From an uncultured delta proteobacterium (lineage in GTDB: Bacteria > Myxococcota_A > Polyangia > Polyangiales > Polyangiaceae): a DNA stretch of 64,000 nucleotides. The notes under the pieces are model-generated. The model did not search any database. It saw only the letters and a list, made by a program, of their open reading frames with translations, and had not been told where the DNA came from. Where the stretch lies: assembly GCA_963696385.1 (NCBI GenBank), contig CAVOKF010000005.1, forward strand, positions 160,001-224,000, written 5' to 3'. Both the position numbers and the translations under genes were made by a program. Numbering within the stretch: position 1 is the first letter of the stretch; each line of letters opens with the position of its first letter. Of this stretch, positions 1-11,323 are shown in pieces.

Positions 1-92
1 AGCCAACCGCCGGGATGCGTCCGCCGAGGGTTTGATCGATTCACCTGAATTTCGCCCCGCGGACGGGTGTCGTTCTAAATTGAAGCCATCCG

Positions 93-1955
93 ATGCATTG
101 GCTTCGCGCGCTCGCCCCGGCTGCAGCCGCAGTCGTCATGCTGCTTGGTATCAGTATCGCTGGGTCTTGCGGTCACGCGCCCCCATTGCAACTCCTCCGC
201 GTGCTGGACATCGCGCCGCGCGACGTGGAGCTCGGCGATCGCGTGGTGATCTTGGGAGAGGGCTTTGCGCCGGGCAAGGCCGCGCGAGTCACATTTCGAG
301 GGACTCTGCACCGAGCCGGCGAGCGCGGACAGCGCAACGCGGTAATCGAGACCACGGGTGTCGTCGTCGGTCCGCAGCGCGTGGAAATTTCGTTTGACGA
401 GGCGCTCGAGGCCATCTTCTGCCGATCGGGCGATCGGGCTGCCCATACGACATTCGAAGGCGATGTCGAAGTAGCGTTTGCTGCCTCGGAATTTGGGGCT
501 CCGCCGATCGGCGGTGCACTCCAGGGCGTCACGATCGACGTTCGAGCCCCTGCCGGGGCCGCGGACGGAGCCCGCGACGCAGAAGGGGAGCGATTGCTCA
601 ACTGGATCGGTTTGCGTGTGGCGTCTGATGGGCGGACGGGTCTCCTAATCGAGGCGGTCGTCCCTGGATCGTCGGCTGAGAAGGCGGGCGTCGTCTCGGG
701 CGATGTCCTGGCGAGCTTCGATGGTGTGCGTGTCATGTCCCCCGGCGACGCGGTGCCCGCGGCCGGAGACACGGAAGCCTGGGTGGGCGTTCGGCCATCG
801 GGCTCCGCCACCGAGATTGGCCGAGCCGTTTCGGTTGCTGGCTTCCGTCGCGCGCCGCCGGAGCGCTTTGCGGCCGCCACACTCATCGTTCTGACGGCAT
901 TGACGGCCGTCCTGCTTTTGGGCACACCAACTCCCGGTCCTGTGGCGGTGGTTCTTCAGCGCTTCGTGTGCCGTCTGCGTGCCCACACCGCTTCGGACGC
1001 AAAAGACGGGGCATGGGGGCAGCATCTTGGCGTCTTCGTGAGGGGTGCTCGTCCGCCGCTCCACGTCGGCGTCCCGTCTGCTGTTGCCGGTTTGATTGCC
1101 TGTGCAACCTTTGCCGTCATGCCGTTCGGCCAGTATCTCGTGGCGGCGAGGCTTGACGTCGGGGTCCTGTTCGTTGCCGCCGCGACTGCGTTGGCCGCGG
1201 CCGCGTTCGTCGCGGCAGACTCACCCTCGCGAGGCGCGCTGAATGCGTTGCAAGTACTGTGGCAGCACGTCCCGGGCGCTCTAGCGGTGGCCGGTGTCGT
1301 GCTCTCGACCGGATCGCTGCGTGTTCAAGAGGTGGTGCGTGCTCAAGGTGGGTCGCCCTGGGACTGGCTAGCTTTCCGGAGCCCCGCTTCGCTCGTCGCC
1401 GCATGGATTTTATTCGAAAGTGTAAGCGTCGAACGCAGCTGTTCTTATCAATCCACCGGGCTCGCGACGCGGGTCGACGACTTGACTGCCCCGCAGGGCG
1501 CGCAAGGGGGCCCGTCGTTCGAGGCCGCACTGCGTGTACATCAGTTCGTTATCGCAGGTCTCGTGAGCGCGCTCTTTCTAGGCGGCTGGTCACTGCCCGG
1601 TCTTTCGCCCGCGCAGCAAGACTCTCGGCCGGCGCTCGAGGTCGTGGGCGCGACCGTGTTTCTCGCAAAGGCAACGGCCCTCGTGTTCGTATCGACGTCT
1701 GCACGCAGGGGACTTCCGCCTTTGACCCTCTGGCAGAGAACGCGTTGGACCGTCGAGTGCTCTCTACCGATATCTGTCGGAAGTCTCGCCGGGTGCGCAG
1801 CCTGGGCCAACTGGGGACCTCCGCCAGCCACGCAATGGCTCGCGAGCGGCGGTCTCACTTTGGTCGCGCTTCTGGTCGCCGTCGCGCTCGGCCACCGGGT
1901 GGTCTATGGGCTGACGTCACCGGTCGTCGATGCGCGCCTCAATCCTTTTCTTTGA
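93..1955 (+). CDS. Degenerate NuoH-like membrane protein with N-terminal lipoprotein signal, TIG/Ig-like and PDZ domains
   Basis: Lipobox IAGS-C (C26); TIG-like LRVLDIAPRDVELGDRVVILGEGF; PDZ GLLIEAVVPGSSAEKAGVVSGDVLASFDGVRV; NuoH motifs FAVMPFG..LDVGVLF, GSLRVQEVVRAQ..W, LFLGGW. Confidence 0.8.
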   Translation: MHWLRALAPAAAAVVMLLGISIAGSCGHAPPLQLLRVLDIAPRDVELGDRVVILGEGFAPGKAARVTFRGTLHRAGERGQRNAVIETTGVVVGPQRVEISFDEALEAIFCRSGDRAAHTTFEGDVEVAFAASEFGAPPIGGALQGVTIDVRAPAGAADGARDAEGERLLNWIGLRVASDGRTGLLIEAVVPGSSAEKAGVVSGDVLASFDGVRVMSPGDAVPAAGDTEAWVGVRPSGSATEIGRAVSVAGFRRAPPERFAAATLIVLTALTAVLLLGTPTPGPVAVVLQRFVCRLRAHTASDAKDGAWGQHLGVFVRGARPPLHVGVPSAVAGLIACATFAVMPFGQYLVAARLDVGVLFVAAATALAAAAFVAADSPSRGALNALQVLWQHVPGALAVAGVVLSTGSLRVQEVVRAQGGSPWDWLAFRSPASLVAAWILFESVSVERSCSYQSTGLATRVDDLTAPQGAQGGPSFEAALRVHQFVIAGLVSALFLGGWSLPGLSPAQQDSRPALEVVGATVFLAKATALVFVSTSARRGLPPLTLWQRTRWTVECSLPISVGSLAGCAAWANWGPPPATQWLASGGLTLVALLVAVALGHRVVYGLTSPVVDARLNPFL

Positions 1956-2025
1956 AGCTCGACGCATGCATGGAAGCGTCAAGCTTTACAGCCCGCCGAC
2001 CGAAGACGATAGCTTGAAGCCGTCG

Positions 2026-3615
2026 ATGGCCGACTCCGCCGGTGCCCCCCTGCAACAGCACATCGTCCTCTCCCAGACGCTTTGGCTGCTCATCGCTCCA
2101 CTGCTTCTCCAGCTCGCGTGGCACCTCACCGCGGCTTGTTGGCCTCGCCGACGGGGAGCGAAAGTTACAGTCAATCGGAGCAAAGGGGACTGGGCAAGCA
2201 TAACGGGCATGGCAACCATTGGATGCGTGACGGGAGCGACGCTCGCGCACGCGATCGCACTGGTCCAAGCGCCCACACCTACGGCGTTCGTCGAATATGT
2301 CACGAGTGGCGCTCGAGTTGGCAGGGTCGATGCCCCGATTGCCTTCGATTTCGACTCGCTTTCGGCTGCAGCCTGCCTCCTCTTGTGCATGGTTGCCTTC
2401 GGTGCCGCGACGTGGCTGGCCATGCATCCCGAGGTTGTGCGCAGCTCGGGCGCATGGGCATGCCTTGAGCTGGGGCTCGCTGGGGGGATGGTATCGTTTC
2501 TGGCCGACGGAGTGGTCACGATGGCGATGGGGTGGACGCTTGCGGCCATCGCTGCCGCGTGGCTCGCCGGGTGGACGGATCTCCGGGCAGCCGCGCTCGC
2601 GGCGACGCGCGCGGCCGCCGCAACCGCGCTCCTGCTCTTAGGAGGGGCTGTACTTTTCTGGCGGCTCGAGGGAGCGAGACAGGACTCCGCGGTCCAGGGG
2701 TCGTCCGAGTTCGTCGTGCTGCGCTCGAGCGACCCACGGGTTCATGGCTCTGCGTTGACGCTGGCGAGTGTTCCAGGCGCGCTCGTGTACCTGGATGGTG
2801 CACGAACCCCGCTCGCCAGGGCCCCGTTCGTTGGACTGCCGATTCCAAGCGGTTCGCACTCCATTCGCATCCATTCCGGCAGTGCGTCGGACGACGCGGT
2901 AATTACCGCAGAAGCTTCGGCTGAAGGCACGTTGATCACGCTGATACCGTCCGGCCTTTCTCTTTCGTTTCGCGAGGTCGGCGCCGCGATCGCCGCTGGC
3001 TCTGGCGAGCCGTCCGAACCGGCCGGCGATGACGGCGTCGCGGCGTCCGCACTCTGGCTCTGGATGGCGGCAGCCTGGGTCGTAAGTGCGGGGGCTCCGC
3101 CGGCCAATGTGCCCGCCCCACTTGTCGCGCTCTCGCATGGTGCGACCACCGCGATCTTGGGTCCGTTCCTGCTCGGCCGTGCCAGCGTTCTGCTCGCGCT
3201 CGCCCCACGAACAGGTCTTGTTCTGGCTGCGGCGGTCGCGGCGATCCTCGTCGCCGCTTCGCGTAGCCTTTGGTTGCCCGCGTCGCGCGCCGTTGATGCA
3301 GCGTCAGGGGCCACCGCGTGGCTGCTCGACCGATCACCCGCGCGTGCAGGAGCCCTACTGATTCGCTTCGAGCATTGGGTCGTGGATGGGATTGGCGGAC
3401 TTGCGGGAACGCTCGCTCGGATCGCCGCTTGGGGGGCGTCGCGGGTTGACGCGAGACTATTTAAAGGCCCTGGCGTCGCGATCGGTACGCGCGTCGCCTG
3501 GTTCGGACGTGAAGCGGAGCCGATCGTCGGCATGCCCCTCGGTCGCGTTGCCTGGGTCGTTGTGGTCGCCTTGGCCGTGGCCGCGGTGGCGCATGGCCTC
3601 TGGGCGGGCCGGTGA
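2026..3615 (+). CDS. Degenerate, internally truncated NuoL-like membrane protein with inserted PEGA-like domain
   Basis: FDFDSLS, FLADG..MGWT and ALSHGATT..GPFLLGR match the NuoL N-terminal half; SVPGALVYLDG..G.HSIRI is PEGA-like. Start uncertain (ORF open from 1930; ATGs at 1966 and 2026). Confidence 0.7.
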   Translation: MADSAGAPLQQHIVLSQTLWLLIAPLLLQLAWHLTAACWPRRRGAKVTVNRSKGDWASITGMATIGCVTGATLAHAIALVQAPTPTAFVEYVTSGARVGRVDAPIAFDFDSLSAAACLLLCMVAFGAATWLAMHPEVVRSSGAWACLELGLAGGMVSFLADGVVTMAMGWTLAAIAAAWLAGWTDLRAAALAATRAAAATALLLLGGAVLFWRLEGARQDSAVQGSSEFVVLRSSDPRVHGSALTLASVPGALVYLDGARTPLARAPFVGLPIPSGSHSIRIHSGSASDDAVITAEASAEGTLITLIPSGLSLSFREVGAAIAAGSGEPSEPAGDDGVAASALWLWMAAAWVVSAGAPPANVPAPLVALSHGATTAILGPFLLGRASVLLALAPRTGLVLAAAVAAILVAASRSLWLPASRAVDAASGATAWLLDRSPARAGALLIRFEHWVVDGIGGLAGTLARIAAWGASRVDARLFKGPGVAIGTRVAWFGREAEPIVGMPLGRVAWVVVVALAVAAVAHGLWAGR

Positions 3616-3622
3616 GGCAGCC

Positions 3623-5689
3623 GTGAGAGCGTCGTTCATCCGCTGGCTCGGCGTTGTCGGCGCGATCGTGGTCGTGCTCGCCACCGCGACGGCCCGGGCG
3701 GATCCGTCCGGAGGGCGCATCGCGCTGACGCTCTCGGCAGGTGGACAGGGCCCGCTCGTGCTTCGGCCCGGGGAGGGGGGAATGGTCGGCCAGTTCAGAA
3801 TTGGCAACGTGGGCTCCGATCCACTGACCGTTTCGCGCATTGCAATCCGTGGAGACGAAGACGACATCCGCTCGCCGTCACGCCTGTCTGTGCGCTTCGT
3901 TGACGGGGCGGCTACCACCGCGACGATTGCCCCGGGTGCGTCGAAGGACGTAATCGTCTCATGGATGCCCGACCGCGATCCGCGGGTCCGACAGGCATTC
4001 GGTCATGTCGTCGCCACCTCGACCGACGAGCGGTCGGGCGAAGTCGCGATGGGCTTTCGGGCTCAGCTGCCGACGGGCCTCGGACGGATCGGCGAGCACG
4101 CACTCGCGTTGCTCGTGCTGGGGCCGCTGCTGGTCATTGTCCTCGTCGCGGCGGCCCGAATGGCGGGGCTGCGCGACGATCCGCGCATCGGCCTCTTGTG
4201 TGTCGCGGTCGGGGCGCTTGAGCTGCTGTTGGCCTTGTGGTGTTACCGGCGTTTCGCAAGCGACGTTGCCCGCGCAGACGGAAACGACGGCTTTCAACTC
4301 GTTGAGCGCGCGGTGTGGGTGCGATCCATTGGTTCGGAATGGTACGTCGGTGTCGACGGCGCGAGCATTGCGTTCGTGCTGCTCGCCGCCGTCGTCGCAT
4401 TCGTGGCGCTGCTCATCGCGAGCGTCGAGCGGCGAGGTGGTGCGTACTACGCGACACTCGCGTTGCTCTCGACCGGCATCATGGGGGTTCTCGTCGCGTT
4501 GGATCTCGTGCTGCTGTTTGCTGCCTGGCAGGTCGTCTGGCTGGCACTGGTGCTGTTGGTGGGCGGTTGGGGTGGCCGGCGCAGTGCGCTGGCCGCTAGT
4601 AAGATGGCTGTTGCAGGTGTCGTCGGGTCGACTGCGTTGCTGATCGCATTCGTTGCTCTCTCCCGAGCCTCGGGACCGACCTTTCTGGTCGATGGTGCAG
4701 CGATCGCGCACACGCTTGCGGTCCCCGAGTTGTCGCGAACGGCCTTTTCGGCAAGCGCGCCCATTTGTGGCATGCCCTTCGTCGCCGTGACCTCGGCGCT
4801 GCTCTTTGCCGGGATTGCGATACTCTCTCCGGTGGTGCCGTTTCACCGATGGCTGCCGGATGCGCTTGAGCACGGGCCCGCTTCGGCGGGCATCCTTCTA
4901 GGTGGAGTGGTGGTCACCCTTGGGCCGTATCTGCTCCTGCGGGTGGGGCTGAGCGCCCTGCCAGAAGGGGCACGGTGGGGTGCGGCAGCCGTTGCGGTTC
5001 TCGGTTCGTTCGGCGCCGGTTGGGGTGCCTTGTGTGCGATGGCACAGCGCGATCTGCGGCGCTTCGTCGCCTACACTACGATCGCCGCGTCGGGGTTGTC
5101 GCTGTACGGCATCGGCTCTCTCACCGCGGAAGGAATCACGGCGGCGATGATGGCGCTTTTTGCGCATGGCCTCTCGGCCGCGCTCCTACTGGGCGTTGCC
5201 AGTGCCATCGAACAACGCGTTCACACGAGCGACGCGCAGAGACTCGGTGCGCTGGTCGTCGACGCACCGGCACTTCGGTTGTTCGCGGCGGTCGGATTAG
5301 GCGTTTCGCTCGGTGCTCCGGGCCTCGTCGGCTGGTGGGGGATTTTGCTCGCTTTTTTGGGGGGATTCGCCCGCTACCCGGCTCTGGCCGTCGTTCTGGC
5401 GGCTGCGGTCGTGGCCTCCGCCGCCGCCCACATCCGAATCGGCCGCCTGCTGCTGATGGGCGAAGTTCACCGGTCGTGGCGCGACAGCACTTACCTGAAG
5501 CCATTTGGCGGGGTGCTTCCCGATGCGACGTCCGCCAATCTCGTCGCCCTCGCACCCCTTGCCGCGATTGCCGCCGTCCTCGGCCTATGGCCGTCGCCCA
5601 TCTTGGCGCCGATGGGGGTCAGCGCCCGTGACAGCAGTGCACTCGTGGACCTCGAACGCGCGGACGCGCGGACGCAGCGACTCGAATGA
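3623..5689 (+). CDS. Degenerate NuoM-like protein with signal peptide and N-terminal ASH/choice-of-anchor-D-like Ig domain
   Basis: GTG start 7 nt after the upstream stop; signal peptide ending ATARA; IGNVGSDPLTV..TIAPGASKDVIVSW Ig-like; NuoM motifs GFQLVE..W..GVDG, PFHRWLPDA, AQRDLRRFVAY, AHGL. Confidence 0.85.
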   Translation: MRASFIRWLGVVGAIVVVLATATARADPSGGRIALTLSAGGQGPLVLRPGEGGMVGQFRIGNVGSDPLTVSRIAIRGDEDDIRSPSRLSVRFVDGAATTATIAPGASKDVIVSWMPDRDPRVRQAFGHVVATSTDERSGEVAMGFRAQLPTGLGRIGEHALALLVLGPLLVIVLVAAARMAGLRDDPRIGLLCVAVGALELLLALWCYRRFASDVARADGNDGFQLVERAVWVRSIGSEWYVGVDGASIAFVLLAAVVAFVALLIASVERRGGAYYATLALLSTGIMGVLVALDLVLLFAAWQVVWLALVLLVGGWGGRRSALAASKMAVAGVVGSTALLIAFVALSRASGPTFLVDGAAIAHTLAVPELSRTAFSASAPICGMPFVAVTSALLFAGIAILSPVVPFHRWLPDALEHGPASAGILLGGVVVTLGPYLLLRVGLSALPEGARWGAAAVAVLGSFGAGWGALCAMAQRDLRRFVAYTTIAASGLSLYGIGSLTAEGITAAMMALFAHGLSAALLLGVASAIEQRVHTSDAQRLGALVVDAPALRLFAAVGLGVSLGAPGLVGWWGILLAFLGGFARYPALAVVLAAAVVASAAAHIRIGRLLLMGEVHRSWRDSTYLKPFGGVLPDATSANLVALAPLAAIAAVLGLWPSPILAPMGVSARDSSALVDLERADARTQRLE

Positions 5690-5696
5690 GACTCAA

Positions 5697-5726
5697 GGCC
5701 CCCGGCCCCGACCGACCGGGGGGGCC
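5697..5726 (+). terminator. GC-rich hairpin immediately after the Nuo-like operon
   Basis: GGCCCCCGG ... CCGGGGGGGCC inverted repeat starting 8 nt after the stop; no U-tract. Confidence 0.35.
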
Positions 5727-5847
5727 GAAGACCGGACCCGGACGGGCCCCGGGAACGCGCTCAATGTTTATCTGAATACTCCGTTATCCATCTTGCAGGA
5801 TGAGCGCGCCGGCCGCCGTGGCGGCTCCTGTGGAGTGAAGCGAATCC

Positions 5848-6021
5848 ATGTTGAGTGACGCCAGGCGTTCGCGCCTTGCAGCAGTATCGGTTTGTGCCGC
5901 GCTGGCCGGTCTCGTCGCTGGCGCTGGCACGGCGCAGGCGTTCGCGCTCAAGCGCACCTCGCTCGGGCTGCCGTGCGTCGCAGGTCGACGGGGCAGCCAT
6001 GATGTTTACCGTATCGTCTGA
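5848..6021 (+). pseudogene. 57-aa ORF: Sec signal peptide plus short tail; possible remnant of a secreted-protein gene or a small secreted peptide
   Basis: GGAG upstream; MLSDARRSRLAAVSVCAALAGLVAGAGTAQA|FALKRTSLGLP...; below the ORF-track cutoff. Confidence 0.4.
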
Positions 6022-6047
6022 GAGGCACTGGTTCGAGGGAGGCTGAC

Positions 6048-6716
6048 GTGGCAAATGTAAGGTCCGAGAGGTATTGGGGCGGATTGACCTCGCGACCGAA
6101 GCGCGGGCGTGATTCGGAAGAATGGTCCGCTCTGCTGGCACATGATCTGAAGACGCCATTTGCGGCTATTTCAATGAATCTCGATTATGTTATTTCTGAT
6201 CTACCCGCCGGGACGTCCGACTCGGTTCACGAAGCGCTCTCGGACTGCAAGGAAGCGAACGGTCGCGCCGTCCGCCTCGTCCAAGACATGGTCGACGGAC
6301 TCCGCTTGGCGACCGGCGAGCTGAAGCCGTCCTTGGTCGACGTCGCGATCTTGCACGTTGTCGAGCGTGTCGTTGCGGCCATGGGGACTGACGCCACCGC
6401 GCACGGCGTGCGCATCCTTTGGGCGTCGGGTAGCGATGTGGTGCGAGCCGATGTAGGCCTCATCGAGCGTGCACTCGGGCGACTCCTCGAGCGCGCGATC
6501 CGGCATGCGGGCGGACGCTGCGTCGTCGTAGACCAGCGTGCCGGGACCATCACCATCCGGGTCGAGACCCCCATCGACAGCGACATCGATTCGTCCGAAC
6601 GCGCGCTTGCGACACATTTCGCGGAGACTGCCGTTCGTGCGCAAGGGGGGTACTTCGCGGTCGAATCCGGCACCGGCTTGCTCGCGTATCGCGTCAAGCT
6701 CCCAATGTGCGAGTGA
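6048..6716 (+). CDS. Sensorless HisKA protein with degenerate HATPase domain
   Basis: H-box LAHDLKTP; N-box region LLERAIRH; no DxGxG or GLGL boxes. Confidence 0.75.
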   Translation: MANVRSERYWGGLTSRPKRGRDSEEWSALLAHDLKTPFAAISMNLDYVISDLPAGTSDSVHEALSDCKEANGRAVRLVQDMVDGLRLATGELKPSLVDVAILHVVERVVAAMGTDATAHGVRILWASGSDVVRADVGLIERALGRLLERAIRHAGGRCVVVDQRAGTITIRVETPIDSDIDSSERALATHFAETAVRAQGGYFAVESGTGLLAYRVKLPMCE

Positions 6717-6723
6717 CGCCGTT

Positions 6724-7665
6724 TCAATCCTTGAGCGCCTCGGCGCCTCCGATGATCTCCATCAGTTCCTTGGTGATGGCTGCCTGACGGGCGCGGTTGT
6801 AGGCGAGCGTCAAGCGCTCGATCATGTCCTTGGCGTTTCGAGTCGCTGCATCCATTGCCGTCATCTGCGCACCGAAGAAGCTCGCTTGGCTCTCGAGCAG
6901 TGCGCGGTACAGGGTAATCTCGACGTACATGGGGACGAGCCGCTCGAGAACGGCTCGTTCGTCGGGCTCGAAAATGTAATCGCTCGACGCACGTCCCTCG
7001 GCTGTCTTAGGCGATCCGCCGTTTGATCGGCCATCCGTTGGACTGGTCCAAGCTCTTCCTGATGGGTCACCGAGCGGGAGCAACCGCTCGATTGTCACCT
7101 TTTGGGCGATGGCGCTTTTGAACTCGTTGAAGACCAAATACACGGAGTCGAACTCACCGCGCTCGAAACGGTGGATGAGCCAGCCTGCGACCTCCCGAGC
7201 CTTACCTACGTCGAGAGTTTCATAGATTCGCTGAAAGTCCCTTGCCACTTTTGCTTCGCGGCGCCCGAGATACTCTCGGCCTTTGCGGCCGCACGTAGCG
7301 AAGGTCACGTCGACGCCACCCTCCGCTTTTTCTCGCCAGGCTCGCTCCGTCGCCTTATTCACGTTCGTGTTGAGCGCTCCGCATAGGCCGCGGTCGCCCG
7401 AGAAGACCACGATCAGCGCTCTCTTTTCCGGCCGGCGGGCGAGAAGCGGGTGCAATGGCTCACTTTGAGACTCGATCGAGACCGCCGTGGCGCGCGCGAC
7501 CGACTCGAGCACGTCTGCCGTCTTCACGGCATAGGGCCGCATCGACACGATACGCTGCTGCGCGCGTGTGAGGCGTGCGCCGGCCACCATTTTCATGGCG
7601 CGCGTAATCTTCTGCGTCGCCTTGGTGCTCGCGATGCGCTTTCGAATCACCTTGAGCGACGGCAT
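6724..7665 (-). CDS. atpG: ATP synthase F1 gamma subunit
   Basis: QKITRAMKMVA, DRGLCG, YNRARQAAITKELMEIIGGAEAL. Confidence 0.97.
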   Translation of the reverse strand: MPSLKVIRKRIASTKATQKITRAMKMVAGARLTRAQQRIVSMRPYAVKTADVLESVARATAVSIESQSEPLHPLLARRPEKRALIVVFSGDRGLCGALNTNVNKATERAWREKAEGGVDVTFATCGRKGREYLGRREAKVARDFQRIYETLDVGKAREVAGWLIHRFERGEFDSVYLVFNEFKSAIAQKVTIERLLPLGDPSGRAWTSPTDGRSNGGSPKTAEGRASSDYIFEPDERAVLERLVPMYVEITLYRALLESQASFFGAQMTAMDAATRNAKDMIERLTLAYNRARQAAITKELMEIIGGAEALKD

Positions 7666-7667
7666 GG

Positions 7668-9978
<2,311 letters not shown>

Positions 9979-9982
<4 letters not shown>

Positions 9983-10743
9983 AAAGCGCTCTCTCTCGTT
10001 CCGAACGGATCCGCAGGTTGCGCAACGGCAGTGCCCTTCGCGCCGCCGAGTTCGCTCAAGTACGCCTCCGCCAATCGCTCTTGGTCCTCCTGCGTTATGC
10101 GTTGCGCCAAGAGCTCTCTAGCTGCCAGGACGGCCATTTCGACCGTATCGCGCAACAAATCCAGGCGGATTTGCTTCAACTCCTGCTGGACCAGAAACTC
10201 GGCGTCGCGGCGCATTCGGTCAGCTTTCGCCTCCGCGTCCTTGACGATCCGGTCGCGCTCGGCCTCACCGGTGCGCAGCAGTGCGTCGCGGGCCGCCCGG
10301 GCCTCTTCGTCGACCCTCTCGAGCTTGGCCTGATAGGTCTTTGCGCGTGCCTCGGCTTCCTCCTTCATACGTTGCGCTTCGTCGATGTCCTTGGCGATGC
10401 CGTCGCGGCGACTTCGAAGGGCCGCGGCAATTGGCCGCTTGCCGAGCAAGTAGTACCCTCCGACGAGGATGCCGAAGTTGACGAGCATCGCGATGAACGG
10501 TGGCGTATCCGACCCGAACTGCGTCCAGTTCATGGGTGCCGGGCCCGTGTCCTCGGCTTGCTTGAGGGTCTCCTTTGCAGGCTCGCGACGCGCGCTCTCG
10601 TCCGTTGTGGCCGCCGAGCCGCCTCGCGCCGGCCTTGCGTTCCGCGCATGATTCGATTGTGCCCAGGCCAAAAGCGACCACGCGGTGACGAGCCCCATGG
10701 CGACGAGGGCGAGCCGCCTCGCGATTCGTGCGCCCCTCCTCAC
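9979..10743 (-). CDS. atpF: ATP synthase F0 subunit b with N-terminal extension
   Basis: VNFGILV TM, KRPIAAAL..RRDGI, long coiled coil; operon position. Confidence 0.88.
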
Positions 10744-11225
10744 GACCGCACCGGACGTCCGAGGATGCGGCCGACCAGGTCCTGGGCCATGGCCGTGGTC
10801 TCGGCCTTCAGGACTGCGCGCGCCCGCTGAGCCTCAGCGTGTGCCGTCCGCTTGCCCTCCTCGGAAACGCGCGCGATCGATTCTCGGAGAGCCGACAAGA
10901 TCTCTGCCTCCCGCCTGAGCCCGTCGGCGCGCGCCTTTTCGCGTTGCGCGCTCCCTTCGACGCGAGCTGCGGCCATGGCGGCTTGATACTCGCTAAGTGC
11001 GCTGACCGACTTCTCGTCGATGTGTCGGGCCTGAGCCTTCACTCCTTCGATAAGACGCTCCCGCTGTTCGAACAGCCGAAGCATCGGATCGAAGAGAAGC
11101 GGCTTGAGGACGAGCGTCAGCCCGACAAAAAGGAAGAGCTGGACGAGGAACGTCGCGTCGAAATCGACGTTGATGGCCTGCGGGGGTGCTGCAAGCACGA
11201 TGCCGTCGAAGGAGGCCGAAACCAT
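10740..11225 (-). CDS. atpF: ATP synthase F0 subunit b'
   Basis: FDATFLVQLFLF..LKPLLFDPML..EQRE; coiled coil. Confidence 0.88.
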   Translation of the reverse strand: MVSASFDGIVLAAPPQAINVDFDATFLVQLFLFVGLTLVLKPLLFDPMLRLFEQRERLIEGVKAQARHIDEKSVSALSEYQAAMAAARVEGSAQREKARADGLRREAEILSALRESIARVSEEGKRTAHAEAQRARAVLKAETTAMAQDLVGRILGRPVRS

Positions 11226-11323
11226 GCGTCTCCGTTCGTTCAGTCAGGAGGGAAAAGTCGAGCGCGCCCAGTAGCACTGCGCGGTTCGAGTGTCCATTGC
11301 TGCCCGTGGTTCGATCCTGCTTC

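Noticed and set aside
5925..5940. TGGCAC as a possible sigma54 promoter
   Set aside because: The -12 element reads AGGC rather than TTGC, and it lies within the signal-peptide ORF
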